Positions 59,737 through 64,000 of a DNA stretch of 64,000 nt are shown here, piece by piece. The DNA is from Candidatus Giovannonibacteria bacterium (GTDB lineage: Bacteria > Patescibacteriota > Minisyncoccia > UBA11713 > 2-01-FULL-45-33). Position numbers and translations under genes: made by a program. The stretch's first letter is position 1. Each line of letters opens with the position of its first letter. The stretch spans positions 283,040 through 347,039 of the forward strand of contig CP066687.1 in assembly GCA_016432405.1 (NCBI GenBank), read 5' to 3'. The notes beneath the pieces were generated by a model. That model worked only from the letters and a program-made list of their open reading frames with translations. It did not search any database and had not been told where the DNA came from.

Positions 59737-60162
59737 TTATACTCTTCTTAGCAAGCCCCGCCCCTGCGTCAATAAAATATACAAGCCGATAATAAAGAGC
59801 GTCGCGGAAGTTGCGGCCGAAATCAGACAGTAGAAACAGAGCGCTTTTATGACGAATATTTGGAGATACAAAAACCATACCGATACCAGAAAGCCGACGG
59901 GCGTGAGCCCGGCGGCGACAAAGAGGAATCGTTTTTGTTTCGTCGCTAGGTAGCACAGAAGAAAAGCGATAAGAAGCAGATAGTAAATCGCGCCCAAAAG
60001 CGCCACGGGTAATCCGGCGAATACCGAATAGGCGCTGGCCAAAACCTTGTCGCAGCCCTCAAGCGCTCCGCAAGCGACGTTGGCGCCGGCATAATGGGTG
60101 GCCGTAAGATAAACGGCGTCAGTGAATCCTATAAAACCAATGAGCAGAAATATCAGCAGCAT
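59737..60162 (-). CDS. Vitamin K epoxide reductase (VKOR) family protein
   Basis: CGALEGCDKVLAS and the CFYC active-site motif; four TM segments. Confidence 0.9.
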   Translation of the reverse strand: MLLIFLLIGFIGFTDAVYLTATHYAGANVACGALEGCDKVLASAYSVFAGLPVALLGAIYYLLLIAFLLCYLATKQKRFLFVAAGLTPVGFLVSVWFLYLQIFVIKALCFYCLISAATSATLFIIGLYILLTQGRGLLRRV

Positions 60163-60515
60163 TGTTTCATTTTTTCTTCCAGTAATTCGCGCGCCTTTGT
60201 GTTTTGCGGCTCGGCAGTTTCAATTTTTCTGAAAAATAGGAAGTACGCAAGCCCGGCGACAACAACAAGTTCCAACAAAAACACGGGAAAAGTCATATTG
60301 CGTACCGCCAAAAAAGCAAGCAGCATGCCGACGGCGATTATCATGGGTTTTTGCTTTTCAAACTGGTAGGCAATGCCTACAACCGTTCCGCCCATGAGAA
60401 GCGCGATGAGCGGCAGAAAAGTTTCGGACGGCAGATATCCGGCGAGGACCAGCGCCGTAAGGGCTAGCCATGTTCCCGCGACGGCTGAGCAAATTGGACA
60501 AATTCTAAGACGCAT
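60153..60515 (-). CDS. Small membrane protein with N-terminal CPIC and C-terminal CC
   Basis: ICPICSAVAGTW...KMKQCC. Confidence 0.7.
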   Translation of the reverse strand: MRLRICPICSAVAGTWLALTALVLAGYLPSETFLPLIALLMGGTVVGIAYQFEKQKPMIIAVGMLLAFLAVRNMTFPVFLLELVVVAGLAYFLFFRKIETAEPQNTKARELLEEKMKQCC

Positions 60516-60523
60516 ATTTTAAA

Positions 60524-61225
60524 TTATAGGAGATAAATAATAATCCCTAAAATCACCATCGCAAGCCCTGCCCACGCTTTTTCGGCGGATTTTTCTTTTT
60601 CCTGCCAACCGCGCACGCGCTCCAGGAGGTTTTTATTGCTTGAGATGAGCAAAACCGCGATCAGGGGCAGGACGAATATAAGGTTATAGACCAACAGATA
60701 CCCCGCTCCGCGGAGGTAGGTGGTTTTATCGTTTAGGAGCCCTACGGCCGCGAGGTAAGGCCCACCGGTGCAGGGAAATTCGCAGAGCCCGACAAGCGCT
60801 CCCAAAAGAAAAGCGGCGGGCAAAGATCCTTTTTCAATGAGCGCCGACATTTTATGGTGAGCGGCGTTTGGAATTTTCAATTTAATCGGAAATTTCGGGA
60901 AGAACCAGTTTATAATGTTGATTCCACCGAGGGCAATCAGAAGCGCGGCTCCGATTTTTGCCATGAAATGCGGGGTATTAAAGAGGTGCAGGACTTGCAG
61001 CAGCCCCAGGCCGATTGCGAGATACACCAGAAAAACCCCGGCGATGTAGAAACCGCCGACGGCGAGGATTTTTGAGCGCAGATGCCCTACTGAAAAAAGG
61101 AAAGCGATGGTGAGGAGCAGAATGGAAAAAGCGCAGGGGTTGATGCTGTTAATGAGCGCGGAGGCGGCTATGAGCGGAAGAAGCCATTCTCCGCCGTTTG
61201 ATAAACTCCAGACGATTTCGGTCAT
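60524..61225 (-). CDS. CcdA/DsbD-type transmembrane thiol-redox protein
   Basis: SINPCAF and ELPCT-like (EFPCTGGPY) motifs; six TM segments. Confidence 0.85.
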   Translation of the reverse strand: MTEIVWSLSNGGEWLLPLIAASALINSINPCAFSILLLTIAFLFSVGHLRSKILAVGGFYIAGVFLVYLAIGLGLLQVLHLFNTPHFMAKIGAALLIALGGINIINWFFPKFPIKLKIPNAAHHKMSALIEKGSLPAAFLLGALVGLCEFPCTGGPYLAAVGLLNDKTTYLRGAGYLLVYNLIFVLPLIAVLLISSNKNLLERVRGWQEKEKSAEKAWAGLAMVILGIIIYLL

Positions 61226-61236
61226 AGGTTTTAATC

Positions 61237-61737
61237 CTAGGGCGTAACAATCGCTTTAATTTTTAATTCCTTCACGCCGCGGTCGGTGTCCAAATAAATC
61301 ACCCGTTCAATCGGGCCGACTCCGGCCGGCCCGTGCGCCGCCGGATCAAAGACGGCTTCCAGCTCGGTTTCCTCGCCGGAGGCGAGTTTAATGTTTAGTT
61401 TCGGAGTAAAGCCGTGCCCGGGCATCCCGAAAGGCCCCCACTCTCCGGCTGCGGTTTTAAGCGTTGCCGCGGTGCACATGCAGGAAGTGTATATTTTGTT
61501 GACGGTTACCGGCTCTGCGCCTGCGTTTTTGATTTTAAACGCGTGCCTGACATTGCCGGCGGCCATTGAGATTTTTCCGAAGTCAAAATTTTCTTCTTCG
61601 GCCGCGAGCCCGCCTCCGGCAGCGGAGGAATTTTTGCCGGGGCTGTCGGCTTTTTGGGCATTGCCAAGCCAGATTATCCCTCCAAGGATAATCGCGCTGG
61701 CCAAAGCCCCCACGACAATATTTTTATTTTGTTGCAT
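61237..61737 (-). CDS. DUF1573-like Ig-fold protein
   Basis: FDFGKI...FKIKN.G...TSCMCT...FDPAAH. Confidence 0.8.
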   Translation of the reverse strand: MQQNKNIVVGALASAIILGGIIWLGNAQKADSPGKNSSAAGGGLAAEEENFDFGKISMAAGNVRHAFKIKNAGAEPVTVNKIYTSCMCTAATLKTAAGEWGPFGMPGHGFTPKLNIKLASGEETELEAVFDPAAHGPAGVGPIERVIYLDTDRGVKELKIKAIVTP

Positions 61738-61800
61738 AAGAGAAAATTAAATGAATAAAAAGCGCCCATTAAAAACGGGCCTTGAAAAGAAAAATCAAAG

Positions 61801-62175
61801 TTAGCGGCTGTTTTCGCGGAGCGCCAGCCACTCTCTTAGAGATTTCGCGAGCGGGGAGAGTTTGATTTCAGCAGAATTGAAAACAAAGCTGGATTTTGTT
61901 TCGGGAGAGAAAATCTTCGGCGCGGGAATTGAAAAGATTGCGTATCCTGCCAGAAGGAGCGTGAAGATTAAGGCCAACGAGAAACTTTTGAAGGCGGTCG
62001 TATGGAAAAAGGCGACTGCGAAAGCATTATTTTCGGGGCAGATTGAACCGGCAAGAGTTGAGGCCAAACAAATTCTGTGCGCCATATTTTCGTCCATCGC
62101 CAAAAATCCGAACGCCGCGAGGGCGGTAAAACTCAAAATCAGCCAAATTGCGCCTATGGACTTCATTGATTCCAT
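61801..62175 (-). CDS. Hypothetical membrane protein heading the metal cluster
   Basis: Two TM segments around an H..C..C..H segment. Confidence 0.55.
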   Translation of the reverse strand: MESMKSIGAIWLILSFTALAAFGFLAMDENMAHRICLASTLAGSICPENNAFAVAFFHTTAFKSFSLALIFTLLLAGYAIFSIPAPKIFSPETKSSFVFNSAEIKLSPLAKSLREWLALRENSR

Positions 62176-62194
62176 TATATTATAATGTCACCGC

Positions 62195-63244
62195 ATGTCA
62201 AAGGAGACAAAAAAACAAAAGGTGTTTGTGGCGATGTCGGGAGGCGTGGACTCTTCCGTGGCGGCTTTGATTTTAAAAAATCAGGGATATGATGTCACTG
62301 GAGTTCATATGCTCTGCTGGGATGGTTGCGAAAATAATGAAGACAAGCGGGATGCGACGCGGGTGGCGGCGAAGCTCGGCATCCCGTTTTTGGTTTGGGA
62401 TTTTAAAAAAGAATACAGGGAATACGTTTTTAATTATATGGTGCGTGAATATGCCGAGGGGCGGACGCCAAATCCCGATGTGATGTGCAATAAGGAAATC
62501 AAGTTTGGAATTTTTTTGAAGCGCGCACTAGAGGCGGGGGCTGACTATATTGCGACTGGACATTACGTTAAAAAAAACAGCGATAAACTTTTTGCCGCGA
62601 AAGATAAAAACAAAGACCAGTCCTATTTTCTCTGGACGCTAACTCAAGACCAGCTTAAACATTGTCTTTTCCCGATAGGCGATTATTTAAAAAGCGAAGT
62701 CAGGGAGCTCGCGCGCGGATTTGGCTTGCCGGTGGCCGATAAAAAAGATTCGCAGGGTCTTTGTTTTGTCGGCAAAATTGATTTCGGAGAATTTTTAAAA
62801 AAAGAGCTTCCTAAAAAAATCGGCGCGGTTGTTTCTTCGGACGGGGGAAAAATCGGCGAGCACGACGGCGCGCATTTTTACACTATCGGCCAAAGACACG
62901 GATTGAATCTCGGCGGCCAGCCCCGGCCGGTTTTTGTTGCGGAGCGAGACGTCGCTACAAATACTTTGGTGGTGGCAAGAGGCGCAGACGACCCGGTTTT
63001 GTATCGCCAAGAGATTACTGTAGAGAACGTCAACTGGATAGCTCGCCCGAGAGGAGTTTCTCTTCTTACTCGCATCCGCTATCGCCAACCATTGCAGACA
63101 TGCCGCATTTCGGGAAAAAGAGTGGTTTTTGACAAGCCCCAAAGAGCCGTAGCCCACGGGCAATCCGTCGTTTTTTATAAAGACGGCCCCCTCGATGATG
63201 CCCGGGGCAGGGAAATGCTCGGCGGTGGTATAATAGAAAAATGA
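62195..63244 (+). CDS. mnmA: tRNA-specific 2-thiouridylase
   Basis: AMSGGVDSS, TPNPDVMCN, ATGHY, KDQSYFL and DSQGLCF. Confidence 0.97.
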   Translation: MSKETKKQKVFVAMSGGVDSSVAALILKNQGYDVTGVHMLCWDGCENNEDKRDATRVAAKLGIPFLVWDFKKEYREYVFNYMVREYAEGRTPNPDVMCNKEIKFGIFLKRALEAGADYIATGHYVKKNSDKLFAAKDKNKDQSYFLWTLTQDQLKHCLFPIGDYLKSEVRELARGFGLPVADKKDSQGLCFVGKIDFGEFLKKELPKKIGAVVSSDGGKIGEHDGAHFYTIGQRHGLNLGGQPRPVFVAERDVATNTLVVARGADDPVLYRQEITVENVNWIARPRGVSLLTRIRYRQPLQTCRISGKRVVFDKPQRAVAHGQSVVFYKDGPLDDARGREMLGGGIIEK

Positions 63245-63936
63245 TCTATCCTTATACGGCGTTTTTGCATCTGGCGATGACGATTTTATCTTTAGCAAGT
63301 TTGGTTTATCTTTTTTACCGCAAGCGGAGTTTAAACAGCGCCGCGGTAGGCAATTATTTTAACTGGTTTTTGCTTTTCTTTTTGTACAACATTTTTCTTA
63401 TTTTACCGCTTGCTCTTTTTGGCGAATTAAATTTTATTAGCGGAATTTTTTATAATTTTGCCCTTTTGTTTTTGGGGTTGGGCGCTTGGCAGGCCTTGGC
63501 GACTGCGCTTGATTTCATGGCTGCAAACAGTTTGCTTAAAAAGACTGTTTCAGCTCTTTATTTGGCGGGCATTGCTGCTGCTATTGGTCTCCATTTTGCT
63601 TTTCCTGAAATCCCTCGCGGGACGCTGGATGGCAACTGGGTTTTGTGGTATTCCAATCAATCCATTTCCCTTTTTTACACTTTATTTATGTTTATAGCCG
63701 GCTGGTTATTTGCTTTGACGTTTTTGAAAGGAATTAACGCCATGCCCGCGCTTTTAAAATTCAGGGGATATTGCTTTGTGTTCGCAGGATTTGTTCTGCC
63801 GTTCGCCGCTTTTTATTATTTTGGCGCGAAAAACGTTATGCACATTTATTTTGCTTTCTCTTTTTCTATTTTAGGGCTTTTACTCTTCGCCGCCGGGAAT
63901 ATCCTTGTTGGACTTTTCAAAGAGTCCGCCTCTTGA
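63241..63936 (+). CDS. Hypothetical 7-TM membrane protein
   Basis: About seven hydrophobic segments; overlaps the mnmA stop codon (ATGA). Confidence 0.65.
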   Translation: MIYPYTAFLHLAMTILSLASLVYLFYRKRSLNSAAVGNYFNWFLLFFLYNIFLILPLALFGELNFISGIFYNFALLFLGLGAWQALATALDFMAANSLLKKTVSALYLAGIAAAIGLHFAFPEIPRGTLDGNWVLWYSNQSISLFYTLFMFIAGWLFALTFLKGINAMPALLKFRGYCFVFAGFVLPFAAFYYFGAKNVMHIYFAFSFSILGLLLFAAGNILVGLFKESAS

Positions 63937-64000
63937 TTTTTCTTCCGCTGCCATTTTTTAATTTAAAATTTGATGCTAAAATCTTCTTATGTCCTCAAAA

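Overview
A moderate-GC chromosomal segment that looks like a Patescibacteria (CPR, Parcubacteria-like) genome. That call is inferred from the editing-domain-less ThrS, short SMC, NusB-NUDIX fusion, a 23S-5S unit without 16S, group I introns in the 23S, PaaX-like orphans and mostly leaderless gene starts. Core genes include secA, hpf, pdaD, nth, rsmI, rsmE, rplJ, rplL, rodA, efp, gatB, miaA, thrS, dnaE, rnhB, rpmF, nusB, rnc, smc and mnmA. Also present are surface-glycan genes, a MacAB-type transporter, a VirD4/TrwB-like ATPase pair and a copper/thiol-redox cluster. The most unusual structures are: (1) a complete antisense mini-gene (promoter, SD, 40-aa single-TM peptide, terminator) inside the second 23S group I intron; (2) a first intron ending in A rather than G, with a frameshifted LAGLIDADG gene; (3) a CCGAC/GTCGG double-hairpin element found in tRNA, rRNA, rplL and intergenic DNA around a small GIY-YIG gene; (4) symmetric palindromes with a C(G/C/T)ATCG core that flank PaaX/Cas2-like genes and a low-GC cassette; and (5) several further palindrome families inserted in frame in housekeeping genes. 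All calls were made by eye; no searches were run.
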